From Octopus bimaculoides (Eukaryota), in the NCBI RefSeq assembly GCF_001194135.2, contig NC_068982.1, positions 104,259,799 through 104,294,715 on the forward strand: a stretch of 34,917 bases of DNA, given 5' to 3'. This document shows, piece by piece, positions 33,041 to 34,917 of the stretch (positions are counted from its first letter, which is position 1; every line of letters starts with the position of its first letter). The notes under the pieces were generated by a model. It was given only the letters and a program-made list of their open reading frames with translations. It was not told the DNA's origin and made no database searches. Both the position numbers and the translations under genes were made by a program.

Positions 33041-34465
33041 AATGTTCTCTCAACCATTGTCGTCATCAGCTTTTATTTTTTCTTCACATTATTGCTATTG
33101 GATCCGTCATTGTAATTATTCATACTTATCTGATAGAAATCAGCCATCTGTGCTAATATCTAATAGAAAAAGTGGAATACATCTTATTTTTCTATAGTTG
33201 ACAGGTTATATTCTATACTTAGATAATATCATTCTATGTTTAGTAAATAGCTTAAAGTCTTCATACGAAATTTGTATTACATGTAATTTTGAAATGATAA
33301 TATTAGCCCCTCAGTAAACCACCATACATTGACCACACACCTAGTATAGCTTATAAAACACTCCCATAAAACAGTATCCATGAAATATGACCTGTTTGAG
33401 ACAGCTGTTGAGAATTTCATCAAATTATTGATCTCTTCCAAATATAGTGAGCTCTGTTCATTGAGCTTTTACCACCCACGTTATTTTGTTGTTTTTTTTT
33501 AATTTGTTGTTTCTGGAGGAAGGAGTAGTGTCCATGGTTTTTACAAGCCCTCCAAGACTGGTGAGATTAAAGAATGAAAGACTGGTCATAGGGATTTGTG
33601 TGGAACCTGGTGGTGGGGAGAGAGCAAGTAATGTTTCTCTAAGAACAGCCACACATGTATGCTTACTTATATTGACTCTACTATGTTATTGACCCAAAAG
33701 GCAATTTTGACTCCTATAGGATTTGCATGTAGAATTTAAAGGCATGACTAATTACAGCAAGATATGTCTGTCTACCATTCTACTGCTTCTATTAAGTAGT
33801 GGTTTTTGTGGAAACATGAAACTCTAAGATCTTTTAAATTGTTTATCACACCATGGCCAAGTGCTTTCTACCATAGTATCAATCCAACCAATGCTTTGTG
33901 AGTAAAATTATAGTGAAGGTCACTGAAGGGACTATTTCTGTCTTTTGGATAGTATACATAATCCATTGCCTAGTCCTACCACTATCGTTTGGCTTTTGAG
34001 TGCCTTTAATGGAGTCTGCTATTTTGCCTGTCTTCCTCTAAGTCATCTTTAAAATGGAGATAAGAGGAAGAAGTTGGGAGTCATACCTTTTAATAGAGCA
34101 CTGAATATTTAAGTTAAATCAAAACTAGCTTGTGGAATGGGTTTCTTTAAATCCCAACTACTTACAACTTCAATGTTGCATTAATGGAAACATTTTTTAT
34201 CTTTTATGTCAATTTAACTTCACCAAAACAATAGGCTATTTATTATATAAATAAAATTGTTTCATTAAAGAATTTTTAAAAATATTTTTCTTGTGTTTTC
34301 ATTTGGTTTGGGTTTTTGTTTATATAACCTAATTCAGTTTTAAGTTTTAATCTCTGAAATAAGTTTCCAAATAATATTGCAAAAACATCTCTTGAAATCA
34401 AGAATACTTTGAGTTAAAAACCTAACAGAATCTGGCAAGATTACAAATTTGTTTCTAGACAGTGC

Positions 34466-34501
34466 TCTCTCTCTCTCTCTCCCTCTCTCTCTCTCTCTCT
34501 C
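34466..34501. repeat. (CT)n microsatellite
   Basis: Read directly. Confidence 0.9.
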
Positions 34502-34599
34502 ACTTTTTTAATTTTCCTTTCTCCTCTCATTAAGATGCTCTCAATTATCTCAATGGTTTCAAGTTTTCACACAGATCCAGCAATTTTAGAGGAGGGATC

Positions 34600-34917
34600 C
34601 CATGGACTGACTCTTGTGCGAGTGACACATGAGGTTTTTCGAGCGAGATCGTTGCTGGTGCCCCTGGACTGGCTCTTGTGCAGGTGGCACATAAAAGACA
34701 CCATTTCGAGCGTGGCCGTTTTCGTGCGGGTGACACGTAAAAGCACCCACTACACTCTCTGAGTGGTTGGCGTTAGGAAGGGCATCCAGCTGTAGAAACT
34801 CTGCCAAATTAGATTGGAGCCTGGTGTTGCCATCCGGTTTCACCAGTCCTCAGTCAAATCGTCCAACCCATGCTAGCATGGAAGGCGGACGTTAAACGAT
34901 GATGATGATGATGATGA
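34600..34917 (+). mobile_element. Family E, young copy running to the window end
   Basis: CpG-rich; ends ggacgttaaacgatgatgatgatgatgatga; inverted homologue of 20365-20655. Confidence 0.92.

Noticed and set aside
33458-33692. Overlapping ORFs on both strands
   Set aside because: No recognisable domain or coherent splice pair.

Overview
This is an AT-rich, repeat-dense eukaryotic window with no bacterial features, no CRISPR array and no confidently identifiable protein-coding gene. The SINE families and microsatellite density look like an Octopus (coleoid cephalopod) genome; that is inferred from recognising the repeats, not from a database search. Most of the window is intronic or intergenic. 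It holds about 35 copies of recurring SINE-like families, given local labels here: A (tRNA-like head, (ATT)n tail), B (tRNA-like head, CORE-like box, internal microsatellite), C (B-type head with a (GAT)n tail), D (short, headless) and E ((GAT)n tail). It also holds non-LTR retrotransposon fragments (R4/Dong-like with a restriction-like endonuclease, CR1-like, two RTE-like), DNA-transposon derivatives (mariner MITE, piggyBac-like MITE, Helentron-type HINE), many microsatellites and two N gaps. The most interesting element is a 194-bp foldback at 26251-26444 carrying two inverted minimal type-I hammerhead-ribozyme motifs of the Penelope-associated kind. Possible host exons near the left edge are weakly supported. 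Repeat boundaries are approximate (about 10-20 nt) unless a target-site duplication (TSD) or terminal inverted repeat (TIR) is given.
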